Shown here piece after piece: positions 49,025-58,680 of a stretch of DNA of 64,000 bases. The stretch spans positions 256,001 through 320,000 of the forward strand of contig CBDFMQ010000001.1 of the NCBI GenBank assembly GCA_965249725.1. The letters are read 5' to 3'. The notes beneath the pieces were generated by a model. That model ran no database searches, was not told the DNA's origin, and saw only the letters and a program-made list of their open reading frames with translations. The DNA is from Longimicrobiales bacterium. GTDB taxonomy: Bacteria > Gemmatimonadota > Gemmatimonadetes > Longimicrobiales > Gaopeijiaceae. Both the position numbers and the translations under genes were made by a program. Within the stretch, counting starts at the first letter, position 1; each line of letters begins with the position of its first letter.

Positions 49025-49360
49025 GTGGTGACGCGCTCGACTATTCCGTGGCGACGGATCTTGGCCGAGGGAGCTGTGATCGTGGGGAGCATCCTCCTCG
49101 CGCTGTTCCTCGATGCCTGGTGGGCCTCGCTCCAGCAAGATCGGGAGTATCAAGACGTTCTCGTGGCGTTGACCGCCGAGTTCGAGGAGATCAGCCGGCA
49201 GATAGAGTTACATGAGTCCCAGTCAACCGCCATCAACCAACAGGCTGCCTCGATCGTCGGTGTGCTCCGTTCGAGCTCCGGCAGCGTTGAGATACCTGTC
49301 TGCGATGTCGTCGCACTCGTCAGACGTCCTACGCTGGACCTTCCCGGTGGAGAACTCGAT
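49025..49360 (+). pseudogene. Gene cassette 3 (PW.R..EG.VIVGSILLA family) truncated by an IS
   Basis: Follows an attC; the ORF runs into the IS left end at 49361. Confidence 0.75.
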
Positions 49361-49433
49361 CCCTCTCTGCCAACTTAGGTGAGACACGGAACGAGTAAAG
49401 AATTAGAGTAGGGCGAAGGCAGAGAAACCGAGG

Positions 49434-49886
49434 ATGCTGAGACACCGAGAGAGAATGGAAGAGAATGGAATCGCCCCACTAACCTGGGAGGGTAAGCGAA
49501 GCGCGGCAGCTGCTCCGGACGCGGAGGTGGTAGATAAGCCGACGCGCCGACGGTTTAGTCCGTCGTACAAGCTGCGGGTCGTCGAAGAAGCGGACCGGTG
49601 CACGGAGCCGGGAGAGGTAGGGCGACTCCTGCGACGGGAGGGCTTGTACTCGTCGCACCTGACGACATGGCGCAAGGCGGTGCGGAGTGGGTCGCTGAGA
49701 GCGCTGTCGAAGAGACGAGGTCGAAAGCCGAGCGAACGGAATCCGCTGGAGGGGAAAGTGCGCAAGCTGGAGCGCGAGAACACTCGCCTGGAGAAGGAAC
49801 TCGAGAAGGCGCGCCTGATCCTCGACGTCCAGGGAAAAGTTGCAGGGCTGCTGGGATTGAGCCTCGAGGACGGGACGAACTCGTGA
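49434..49886 (+). CDS. IS3-family transposase OrfA (HTH)
   Basis: RRRFSPSYKL, LLRREGLYSSHL..WR and a coiled coil. Confidence 0.9.
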   Translation: MLRHRERMEENGIAPLTWEGKRSAAAAPDAEVVDKPTRRRFSPSYKLRVVEEADRCTEPGEVGRLLRREGLYSSHLTTWRKAVRSGSLRALSKRRGRKPSERNPLEGKVRKLERENTRLEKELEKARLILDVQGKVAGLLGLSLEDGTNS

Positions 49887-50890
49887 AGGCGGCCGAGGCG
49901 CTGGCCACGTACGTAGGGGTAAAGCCCGCGTGCGATGCGCTCAGGGTCGCCCGAGCCACGTTCTATCGTCGTCGGAGGCCATCGACCGGGCATCAGCAGC
50001 CCCGCCCGACCCCAGCCCGTGCCTTGAGCGAGAAGGAACGAGACAAGGTCTTCGACACGCTGTGTTCGGAGCGATTCGTGGACCGGTCCCCGGCCGAGGT
50101 TGTGGCGACCCTGCTCGACGAAGACGTCTACCTGTGCAGCGAACGTACGATGTATCGCGTTCTGGCCTCCCAAGTGCCAGTTCGAGAGCGCCGAGCGCAG
50201 CGGAGTCATCCCGAATACCAGAAACCCGAGTTGATGGCGACGGGCCCGGGCCAGGTCTGGTCCTGGGATATCACACGGCTGCTGGGGCCGAGGAAGTGGA
50301 GCTACTTCTACCTCTACGTTATCATGGACATCTTCAGCCGCTACATCGTGGGATGGATGGTGGCGGATCGGGAGAGCTCGGCCTTGGCCGGGCGCCTGAT
50401 CCAGCAGAGTTGCCTGAAGCATGGCGTCCAGCCCCAGGTCCTGACCTTGCACTCGGATCGAGGAGCTCCGATGACGAGCCAATGCACGGCTCAGCTCCTC
50501 GCCGATCTCGGGGTGACCCGCTCGCTGAGCCGACCTCAGGTGTCGGATGACAATCCGTTCTCCGAAGCCCAGTTCAAGACCTTGAAGTACCATCCCTCGT
50601 TTCCTGGACGGTTCGAGGATCAGGGCCAGGCCAAAACCTTCTGTCGCTCGTTCTTCCGCTGGTACAACGCCGAGCACCGCCATGGTGGTATCTCGATGCT
50701 GACCCCCGAACAGGTCCACTTCGGGAATGCAGATCAGGTCATCGCCGGCAGGCAGGCCGTGCTACGCGAGGCCTGGGCCGCTCATCCCGACCGCTTCGTC
50801 TCCGGTGAGCCGAAGCCCAAACCGCTCCCGGAGGCCGTCTGGATCAATCCTCCAACCCCCTCCCTCACGACACAGGAGATTGCTCTCTAA
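49883..50890 (+). CDS. IS3-family transposase OrfB (DDE)
   Basis: WSWDIT, HSDRG and DNPFSEAQFKTLK; in the -1 frame relative to orfA, with slippery GGGAAAA at 49832-49838. Confidence 0.92.
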   Translation: MKAAEALATYVGVKPACDALRVARATFYRRRRPSTGHQQPRPTPARALSEKERDKVFDTLCSERFVDRSPAEVVATLLDEDVYLCSERTMYRVLASQVPVRERRAQRSHPEYQKPELMATGPGQVWSWDITRLLGPRKWSYFYLYVIMDIFSRYIVGWMVADRESSALAGRLIQQSCLKHGVQPQVLTLHSDRGAPMTSQCTAQLLADLGVTRSLSRPQVSDDNPFSEAQFKTLKYHPSFPGRFEDQGQAKTFCRSFFRWYNAEHRHGGISMLTPEQVHFGNADQVIAGRQAVLREAWAAHPDRFVSGEPKPKPLPEAVWINPPTPSLTTQEIAL

Positions 50891-50930
50891 TTAATTCCCA
50901 AGAGTGTCTCACTGGCGTTGACAGGCTCCG

Positions 50931-51709
50931 CTGCACAGGTAGACGTCTTCGTCGAGCAGGGTCGCCACAACCTCGGCCGGGGACCGGTCCACGAATCGCT
51001 CCGAACACAGCGTGTCGAAGACCTTGTCTCGTTCCTTCTCGCTCAAGGCACGGGCTGGGGTCGGGCGGGGCTGCTGATGCCCGGTCGATGGCCTCCGACG
51101 ACGATAGAACGTGGCTCGGGCGACCCTGAGCGCATCGCACGCGGGCTTTACCCCTACGTACGTGGCCAGCGCCTCGGCCGCCTTCACGAGTTCGTCCCGT
51201 CCTCGAGGCTCAATCCCAGCAGCCCTGCAACTTTTCCCTGGACGTCGAGGATCAGGCGCGCCTTCTCGAGTTCCTTCTCCAGGCGAGTGTTCTCGCGCTC
51301 CAGCTTGCGCACTTTCCCCTCCAGCGGATTCCGTTCGCTCGGCTTTCGACCTCGTCTCTTCGACAGCGCTCTCAGCGACCCACTCCGCACCGCCTTGCGC
51401 CATGTCGTCAGGTGCGACGAGTACAAGCCCTCCCGTCGCAGGAGTCGCCCTACCTCTCCCGGCTCCGTGCACCGGTCCGCTTCTTCGACGACCCGCAGCT
51501 TGTACGACGGACTAAACCGTCGGCGCGTCGGCTTATCTACCACCTCCGCGTCCGGAGCAGCTGCCGCGCTTCGCTTACCCTCCCAGGTTAGTGGGGCGAT
51601 TCCATTCTCTTCCATTCTCTCTCGGTGTCTCAGCATCCTCGGTTTCTCTGCCTTCGCCCTACTCTAATTCTTTACTCGTTCCGTGTCTCACCTAAGTTGG
51701 CAGAGAGGG
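50931..51709 (-). mobile_element. Inverted partial IS3 copy (left end, orfA, start of orfB)
   Basis: Reverse complement of 49361-50139. Confidence 0.9.
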
Positions 51710-52079
51710 CGGCTTTCGACCTCGTCTCTTCGACAGCGCTCTCAGCGACCCACTCCGCACCGCCTTGCGCCATGTCGTCAGGTGCGACGAGTACAAGCCC
51801 TCCCGTCGCAGGAGTCGCCCTACCTCTCCCGGCTCCGTGCACCGGTCCGCTTCTTCGACGACCCGCAGCTTGTACGACGGACTAAACCGTCGGCGCGTCG
51901 GCTTATCTATCACCTCCGCGTCCGGAGCAGCTGCCGCGCTTCGCTTACCCTCCCAGGTTAGTGGGGCGATTCCATTCTCTTCCATTCTCTCTCGGTGTCT
52001 CAGCATCCTCGGTTTCTCTGCCTTCGCCCTACTCTAATTCTTTACTCGTTCCGTGTCTCACCTAAGTTGGCAGAGAGGG
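51710..52079 (-). mobile_element. Inverted partial IS3 copy (left end, 5' part of orfA)
   Basis: Reverse complement of the first ~370 bp, with a substitution (VVDK to VIDK). Confidence 0.9.
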
Positions 52080-52285
52080 AAGTGGCGCTCAACAATACGC
52101 TTGGGCCTACGACAATCAGTGGCTCATTGTCCCGTGTGAGCGAGCTATTCATTGGGCGACGGCAAGCCTCTGAAGGATACTTCGCAGGCTTCATAGACGA
52201 GGTTGGGCTATATGACGGTGAGCTTTCAGTGGCAGAGGTCCAACGAATCTTCAACGCCGGCCCCGCAGGTAAGTGTAAGTCGTAG
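52080..52285 (+). pseudogene. C-terminal remnant of a LamG/concanavalin-A-like domain protein
   Basis: LFIG...FAGFIDEVGLYDGELS..EV..IFNAG.AGKC. Confidence 0.75.
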
Positions 52286-52394
52286 CCATCTGGGACATCG
52301 GCTGACGCGAATACACGTCCCCTAAACGCTTTATGCTTGCGCTTCCCGACCTGCGGATAGGATGTTGGTCTCCGTCTGATTCGGGAGTCTCGCC

Positions 52395-55010
52395 ATGTCC
52401 GATCCCATCGAACGACTTAATACCGCTCTTGAGGGCCGCTACACCATAGAGCGAGAGCTTGGTGAAGGCGGCATGGCTACGGTGTACCTGGCCGACGACC
52501 TCAAACACGAGCGCAAGGTTGCTCTGAAGGTCCTGAAACCCGAGCTGGCTGCGGTAGTCGGAGCCGAGCGGTTCCTGGCCGAGATCAAGACGACGGCTAA
52601 CCTGACCCACCCGAATATCCTGCCTCTCCACGATTCCGGTGAGGCCGACTCCTTCCTCTATTACGTCATGCCCTACATCGAGGGCGAGTCGTTACGCGAC
52701 CGGCTCGACCGTGAACACCAACTCCCCGTGGACGAAGCGGTGAAGATCACCACGGACCTGGCCGAGGCGCTCGACTACGCGCACCGCAACAAGGTCATCC
52801 ACCGCGACATCAAGCCCGCCAACATCATGCTGCACGAGGGGCGACCCTTGATTGCAGACTTCGGGATCGCGTTAGCGGTGGGAGCGGCAGGAGGAGGTCG
52901 CCTGACGGAGACCGGCCTCAGCTTGGGCACCCCGTTCTACATGAGCCCTGAACAGGCAACGGGCGATCAGTTCGTGGGTGCGTCCACTGACACCTATGCA
53001 CTGGGGTCTGTGCTATACGAGATGCTCACAGGTGACCCGCCCTACATGGGGAGCACCGCACAGGCTGTGCTGGGTCAGATCATTTCGTCCAAAGCGATTT
53101 CCGCCACGGAGAAGCGGACCTCAATCCCAGCCAACGTGGACGCTGCGCTCCGCAAGGCGTTGGAGAAACTACCTGCGGATCGCTTCAAGTCGTCCCAGGA
53201 ATTCGCGAAGGCGCTGGAGGACGAGCACTTCCGATACGGGGAGTCGGTAGGCGTGGTAGGTGGGGTTGCTGTCGGGCCGTGGAAGCGAGTGGCCATGGCT
53301 GCGACCGTGCTCGCCTTGGGGTTCGCGCTCACCCTCGGTTGGGTGCTGCTGCGTCCCGAACCACCCCAACCAGTCGAACGGTTCGTCTTGGCGGTGGGTG
53401 AGGGTCAGGCGCCGAGCGAGCAGTTGGATGTTGCTCCAGACGGGTCTTCGATAGTGCTGGTTTACCCAAACGAGAACGGCGAGCCCCAGATTTGGCTGCG
53501 ACGTTGGGACGACCTGACACCAACACCCATCCCTGGGACCGAAGGTGATATCCACGATCCGGTCATCTCTCCTGATGGTGAGGAGGTGGTGTACGTCTCG
53601 GTCGGAGAGTTGAAGGTCGCTCCGCTGAAGGGAGGGTTGGTCCGCACCCTCGCAGATGACGCGGTTTGCTGTTCCCGATGGAGCCCAGACGGCTTCATTT
53701 ACTATTCGCCGGTGGGCCGGACGATCAACCGGGTCCGGGCGGACGGTACTGGGGTGCCAGAACCCGTCACGCAGCGTGAAGAGGGCGATGGTAGTCACGG
53801 TTACTTTGAGGTGCTGCCCGGCGGAGAAGTGGGAGTGTTCAACGCGGGCTTCACGGTGGCGCGCCTCGATGCCATACGCATGGCTACTGGGGAGCGGAAG
53901 GTGCTTGCTCCGGGCCTACGGGCCTACGCGACGCCGACTGGGCACCTGGTGTTCGCCACCTTGGATGGTCAAATCTTGGCCGCTCCATTTGACCATGAGA
54001 CAATGGAGTTAGAGCGGGTACCAATCCCTCTTGTCGATGGGATCGGCATAACACCCACGTCCGATGCCATGTACAGTCTCTCGGAGAATGGCACACTGGT
54101 TTACTGGACGGGCCAGGGACCAGCCGATCTGGTGCAAATGGCTGTCGTGAACCTAGCCGGTAGCACCGATGTGTTGCCGCTCACCCCACGGGCGTTTGGC
54201 GGCCAACGATGGTCACCAGACGGCAACTCCATCGCGTACTTCAGTGGTGAGGCGGGGGACCGCCAAATCTACACCTACGATGTGGAGGCGGGGACCACGC
54301 CGAGGCAACTCACGTTCGAGGGGGACAATAGCTTCCCCGTATGGTCGCCGGATGGGAATCGCATCGCGTTCAGGTCCCGACGGGAGGGAACCGACGGGTG
54401 GGACCTCTTTGTGCGGTCCGTCAACGACGATTCGCGGGAGGAGCGAATTCGGACTCTCCCCGGTAACCAGTTCATCCGAAGCTGGCCCGAGGACGACCTT
54501 GTGGTGTTTGAGAATACGCCCAACCCGTCATCCCTATGGACTTTCGCGCCCTCAGGTGGTGAGAATCCTACGGCGTATCTCGCTTCGGACGCGGATCTCG
54601 ACGATGTCGTCGTCTCACCTGCTGGTGGCTGGGCCGCATACCAGTCCGACGAGACCGGTACCGGGGAGGTCTACGTGCGCAGCTTCCCGAACCCCCAGCA
54701 GCAAGTCTCCGTTTCGCGGGGCGGCGGCGAGTTCCCGCGATGGTCGCCTGACGGCAACACCATTTACTACTGGGGGCGGGTGGACGCTCGGGTCGATACA
54801 CTGTACGCAGCCCGAGTCGAGACCGAGCCTACGTTCAGTGTTCGATCCCGAGAGGTCGCCCTGGTCGGAGAATTCGCTAATCCCGAGTCCTGGGATCTCC
54901 ATCCCGACGGCGACCGGATCATCGTCCTTCTGTCGGAACAGTCCTTCGAGGCGCGCCTCATCCTGGTCCAGAACTTCTTCGAGGAGTTGAAGCGTCTGGT
55001 GCCGAATTGA
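52395..55010 (+). CDS. Ser/Thr protein kinase with TM helix and PD40/TolB beta-propeller
   Basis: LGEGGMATVY, VALK, HRDIKPAN, DFG and YMSPE; WSPDG repeats. Confidence 0.95.
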   Translation: MSDPIERLNTALEGRYTIERELGEGGMATVYLADDLKHERKVALKVLKPELAAVVGAERFLAEIKTTANLTHPNILPLHDSGEADSFLYYVMPYIEGESLRDRLDREHQLPVDEAVKITTDLAEALDYAHRNKVIHRDIKPANIMLHEGRPLIADFGIALAVGAAGGGRLTETGLSLGTPFYMSPEQATGDQFVGASTDTYALGSVLYEMLTGDPPYMGSTAQAVLGQIISSKAISATEKRTSIPANVDAALRKALEKLPADRFKSSQEFAKALEDEHFRYGESVGVVGGVAVGPWKRVAMAATVLALGFALTLGWVLLRPEPPQPVERFVLAVGEGQAPSEQLDVAPDGSSIVLVYPNENGEPQIWLRRWDDLTPTPIPGTEGDIHDPVISPDGEEVVYVSVGELKVAPLKGGLVRTLADDAVCCSRWSPDGFIYYSPVGRTINRVRADGTGVPEPVTQREEGDGSHGYFEVLPGGEVGVFNAGFTVARLDAIRMATGERKVLAPGLRAYATPTGHLVFATLDGQILAAPFDHETMELERVPIPLVDGIGITPTSDAMYSLSENGTLVYWTGQGPADLVQMAVVNLAGSTDVLPLTPRAFGGQRWSPDGNSIAYFSGEAGDRQIYTYDVEAGTTPRQLTFEGDNSFPVWSPDGNRIAFRSRREGTDGWDLFVRSVNDDSREERIRTLPGNQFIRSWPEDDLVVFENTPNPSSLWTFAPSGGENPTAYLASDADLDDVVVSPAGGWAAYQSDETGTGEVYVRSFPNPQQQVSVSRGGGEFPRWSPDGNTIYYWGRVDARVDTLYAARVETEPTFSVRSREVALVGEFANPESWDLHPDGDRIIVLLSEQSFEARLILVQNFFEELKRLVPN

Positions 55011-55108
55011 ACCGTCAGGTCCCTTGGCTGCGCGTCTTCGTGGAAGGGGTGGTGATCGTAGGCTCGATGCCGCCGTGTGAGGGGTGCATGTTGGACGGGA
55101 AGCACTGA
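55007..55108 (+). pseudogene. N-terminal remnant of the cassette-3 family
   Basis: TTG-start MNRQVPWLRVFVEGVVIVGS overlaps the kinase stop, then breaks off. Confidence 0.6.
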
Positions 55109-55120
55109 AGAGGTAGGCGT

Positions 55121-55360
55121 ATGGACCCCACGATGCCGACCAGGCCGAAGCACTGGAGGAAGTTTGGGAGGCTCAGCTTGTTCCTACTCGTCGCGGCACT
55201 TGTGAGCGCTACGGGTGGGTGGGCGGCCTCGAACTTGGGCCTAGATGCGAGCCGCGCGTATCGGCTCGCTGCCCTGTTCGGCGCGGGGGCGATGTTGTTT
55301 GGGCTCATGTTTCTTGGCTCGGCTGGTATGAGCGGTGCAGCGGACGACCACAGTGAATAA
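55121..55360 (+). CDS. Small two-TM membrane protein
   Basis: GAGG RBS; two hydrophobic segments. Confidence 0.55.
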   Translation: MDPTMPTRPKHWRKFGRLSLFLLVAALVSATGGWAASNLGLDASRAYRLAALFGAGAMLFGLMFLGSAGMSGAADDHSE

Positions 55361-55377
55361 CCGCGTCGGCTGCCGGA

Positions 55378-55542
55378 ATGACGACTGCCAGAGCTTTCAT
55401 ACTCCTTGGAATTGGAGCCAGGTTGGAGACGGTGCGCGTGTCTTACGAACAGATCACTGCGGCGGGGATGTCTGAGGTAATCGCCGATCCGGCCCTGAGG
55501 CGACAGATCGCACGCTACTATGCGCTGGCGGAGGAAGCTTGA
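55378..55542 (+). pseudogene. Internal fragment of a DUF6090-like/cassette-3-family protein
   Basis: SYEQITAAGMSEVIADPALRRQIARYY matches the Y..L...G...I.D..LR..I..YY pattern. Confidence 0.45.
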
Positions 55543-55632
55543 TGCGCGAGGTTGAACGACACCGGCCTTAGCCCCCTCATTACCTACCCGCATCCCGCAC
55601 GGCAGCCTCATGCAGCACCCACTTCGTTTCAC

Positions 55633-55671
55633 TCCCATCCAGCCATCGCCCAACCTCAGCATCACCCATAG
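55633..55671 (+). repeat. 39-bp direct repeat, copy 1
   Basis: TCCCATCCAGCCATCGCCCAACCTCAGCATCACCCATAG; 1 mismatch to 58681-58719. Confidence 0.9.
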
Positions 55672-55841
55672 CGGTGATCGCCTTCGCCGACATCGTAGGC
55701 TACAGCACGTTGGCATCCGAGAACGAAGATGACGCCCTAACAATGCTCAACGTGTTCCACAGGCAGGCCCGCCGAGCAGCCAAACAGCACAAGGGCAAGC
55801 TGGTGAAGACCATGGGCGACGGTGTAATTCAAGACGTGTGA
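55671..55841 (+). pseudogene. Class III adenylate/guanylate cyclase N-terminal fragment
   Basis: AVIAFADIVGYS...GKLVKTMGDG. Confidence 0.7.
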
Positions 55842-56029
55842 CGCCGCGCTGCTGGCCGCCCCTTACGCCACTGAGTTGGTCGAAGGCTGCATGGCGCGAA
55901 CCGTGCGCGGCCTCTATGATGAAAACTTGAACAAATGCCTCCCGGTCCCGCCGCCGCTGTAGACGGCCCGCCCCGACGACGAGACCCTTAGGTCGCTTGC
56001 CCCTGGAACCAATCGGAAGGAGCGTCACG

Positions 56030-56764
56030 ATGGTTAAGGGATTAGCGTTTCTGTATGGTGCAGTCGCCTATCTGGTTTTCCTTGTTGCGTTTCTGTACGC
56101 CATCGGCTTTACGGGAAACGTGCTGGTTCCGAAGGGGATCGACTCCGGAACCGTGGGGCCGGTCGGTCAGGCCATCCTGGTCAACGTGCTTCTGCTGGGG
56201 TTGTTCGCGATTCAACACAGCGTCATGGCTCGCCCTGGCTTCAAGCGCTGGTGGACGACAATCGTCCCGAAACCGATCGAGCGGAGCACTTACGTCCTCC
56301 TTGCGAGCCTGATCCTCCTCCTACTCTACTGGCAGTGGCGGCCCATGACTGGGACGGTGTGGAGTGTTACGGGCTCAGCATCGAGCACGATCCTCTGGAC
56401 GGTGTTCGGCTTCGGCTGGGTCGTCGTGCTGCTGTCGACGTTCATGATTGGGCACTTCGACCTGTTCGGTCTGAGACAAGTACTCATGAACCTGCGGGGC
56501 CAGGAGCCAGAACCAGCCAGTTTCAAGAGCCCGGGGTTCTACAGTCTGATCCGTCATCCGATCATGACGGGATTCATCATCGCCTTCTGGGCAACACCTG
56601 AGATGTCGACGGGACATTTACTTTTCGCAGCTGTGACCACGACCTACATCCTGATCGCGATTCAGGTCGAGGAGCGTGACTTGGAAGAGATGCTGGGCCA
56701 GGCCTACGCCGACTATCGGACGCGGGTTCCCGGCTTGATCCCATTCACCAAGCGGGGTCGGTAG
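56030..56764 (+). CDS. mddA: Methanethiol S-methyltransferase (ICMT family)
   Basis: [46 protein letters not shown] and EERDL; AGGAG RBS. Confidence 0.85.
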   Translation: MVKGLAFLYGAVAYLVFLVAFLYAIGFTGNVLVPKGIDSGTVGPVGQAILVNVLLLGLFAIQHSVMARPGFKRWWTTIVPKPIERSTYVLLASLILLLLYWQWRPMTGTVWSVTGSASSTILWTVFGFGWVVVLLSTFMIGHFDLFGLRQVLMNLRGQEPEPASFKSPGFYSLIRHPIMTGFIIAFWATPEMSTGHLLFAAVTTTYILIAIQVEERDLEEMLGQAYADYRTRVPGLIPFTKRGR

Positions 56765-56851
56765 GAAATAGACCCCCATCATCGTCGGCGATGCGCCATC
56801 CCTTCCGCTCGATGTGTACCACTACCCGCTCAATGGGCTAGCCTGACGAGC

Positions 56852-57115
56852 TTGCTCTTCGGGATCACCGTGACAGCGTATGGTGTCGCCATGATCCTTA
56901 GCCCGATCTACCCAGTTTGGGTTGGCTTCTTGGCGATACTTGATGGGCTGGGGACCGCAGCTGGTGCCGTGGTTATGGCATACACCGGGTTTTCGGAATC
57001 GATGATGATGATAAGCATGCCTGCCAACCTCCTCCTGCTGGTGTGGATGATCATAGTTGGCGTTTTGATGTGGCGTCGAGTCGACAAAGACCACACGGGC
57101 AAGAGTGGGGCCTAA
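56852..57115 (+). pseudogene. C-terminal fragment of a DUF4386-like membrane protein
   Basis: YG.AM..S..YP.W.G and W...VG..MW pattern; no N-terminus. Confidence 0.5.
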
Positions 57116-57150
57116 CAATGATGGTGGCAGACGCCTGTCCTGCCGGAGCC

Positions 57151-58671
57151 ATGATGGCCGACGAACGGCGACGAAGCCTGGTCGCGGTGATGTTCACCGA
57201 CGTGGTCGGGTACACGACCATGATGCAGGAGGACGAGGAAGTAGCCCTCAACGCCCGTCGTCGGCACCGGGAGGCGCTGGAGAGGATCGTTGCCGAAGCA
57301 GGTGGTGAAGTGCTTCAGCTCTTCGGCGACGGCGGACTGAGCATCTTCCCTAGCTCTGTGAACGCGGTCAAAGCAGCTACCGAGCTTCAGCAGACTTTCC
57401 GAGAGGAGCCAGAGGTCCCCGTTCGCATCGGCATCCACCAGGGTGATGTCGAGCTCGACGAGTTCGGAGCAGCAGGTGACGCCGTCAACATCGCCTCTCG
57501 GATCGAGAGCCTGAGCCCACCAGGTGGAGTTCTGATCTCGGAGAAGGTGTTCGCGGACGTTCGCAATCAGCCCAACATCGACATCGCGTCCTTGGGCCTA
57601 TTCCACATCAAGAACGTAGGTGAACCGATTCAACTCCACGCGGTCCAGGGCGACGGTCTGGCCGTCCCCGAGAAAGAGCAGCTCGGGGGATCAAAAGGGG
57701 AGAGAATTGGAACCAGGGCCAGGACGATCGCGTTCCTGCCGGTGCTTGTTGTAGGCGGGGTTCTGGTTCTAGCGATAGCCACCGTCGTCTCGGCCCAGTC
57801 GACACATGCGAGCTTCGGCGTGCTCTCCTATCTGGGAACTTGGGCAGCCTTCGCTGGTGGGCTTTGGTTCCTGTTCGACAAGGCTGAGGAAGCGGTGTCG
57901 CCCACCGTCAGACGCTCGGCGTCTGCGTGGCTGCGCAACGTAGATCCGAAGTCGCATGTGGCTCGCTGGTCCAGCCTCTTTGCGGTCGCGTTCGACAAGT
58001 TGTTCGGAGAGAGGCACTGGTCGTGGAGGTGCTTTCGCCGCTCAGCCGTCGCCTCCCTTCTGAGCGTGGGCGTTCTGTTGTGCCTCTACTGGTCGATCCA
58101 TGGCTACGTCGGTTGGGATTTGGACGGACCGGCTTCTCTTGGGGAGTCGCTCCCGTACGTCGCAATGTGGGGGGCTTGGAACGTCCTGCCAGACTATCTG
58201 TCGCTGCTTCAGACACGCTGGGTCCTTCGGCGGCTCGAAGCTCGGGGAAGCGCAGCCCTGGTGGTCTTCGATCTCGTGATAACCGCTTTTATCGCGATAG
58301 CGGGCCACGTGCTGCTCATGTTTGTCCAGACGATTTTCGCTGTAAGCATCAATGACGTTCTTTCCTCTCTCTCGGGTGATTTCGAGTGGTGGCTCGATCA
58401 TATGCGTGACCTCGTCACATTGGATTCGACCCTCGCTCCTGTCACACTTGGCATCTTCTTCTACTCCACTTTTCTCACGTCCGTTTGGCTCTGGTTCTAC
58501 CTAGCGGCGGGGGCAGCAGTCCGAGTAGCCGGTGGCTTCAACGTCGGTCTTCGCTGGCTCAGAGGGTTCACCGACCTCGATGAGCAGCCTTTCCGCTCTC
58601 TGGGCTTCGCAGCGGTACTGATCACCACCCTCACCTTCCTCGCTGGGATTCCGCTGATTCTGCTCAATTAG
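57151..58671 (+). CDS. Class III cyclase domain fused to a multi-TM domain
   Basis: FTDVVGYT, GDG, RIGIHQGD and GDAVNIASRIE; hydrophobic C-terminal half. Confidence 0.85.
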   Translation: MMADERRRSLVAVMFTDVVGYTTMMQEDEEVALNARRRHREALERIVAEAGGEVLQLFGDGGLSIFPSSVNAVKAATELQQTFREEPEVPVRIGIHQGDVELDEFGAAGDAVNIASRIESLSPPGGVLISEKVFADVRNQPNIDIASLGLFHIKNVGEPIQLHAVQGDGLAVPEKEQLGGSKGERIGTRARTIAFLPVLVVGGVLVLAIATVVSAQSTHASFGVLSYLGTWAAFAGGLWFLFDKAEEAVSPTVRRSASAWLRNVDPKSHVARWSSLFAVAFDKLFGERHWSWRCFRRSAVASLLSVGVLLCLYWSIHGYVGWDLDGPASLGESLPYVAMWGAWNVLPDYLSLLQTRWVLRRLEARGSAALVVFDLVITAFIAIAGHVLLMFVQTIFAVSINDVLSSLSGDFEWWLDHMRDLVTLDSTLAPVTLGIFFYSTFLTSVWLWFYLAAGAAVRVAGGFNVGLRWLRGFTDLDEQPFRSLGFAAVLITTLTFLAGIPLILLN

Positions 58672-58680
58672 TCAGGAGCG

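Larger units (their letters stand above)
49361..50930 (+). mobile_element. IS3-family insertion sequence, complete copy
   Basis: IRL TGCCAACTTAGGTGAGACAC (49368) and IRR GTGTCTCACTGGCGTTGACA (ends 50923), each with extra terminal bases; orfA and orfB present. Confidence 0.92.

Noticed and set aside
49403..50719. Long antisense ORFs (438 aa opposite the IS; also 20380-21540, 43149-44345, 61364-62443)
   Set aside because: Shadow ORFs from GC-rich codon bias opposite well-supported genes; no motifs.
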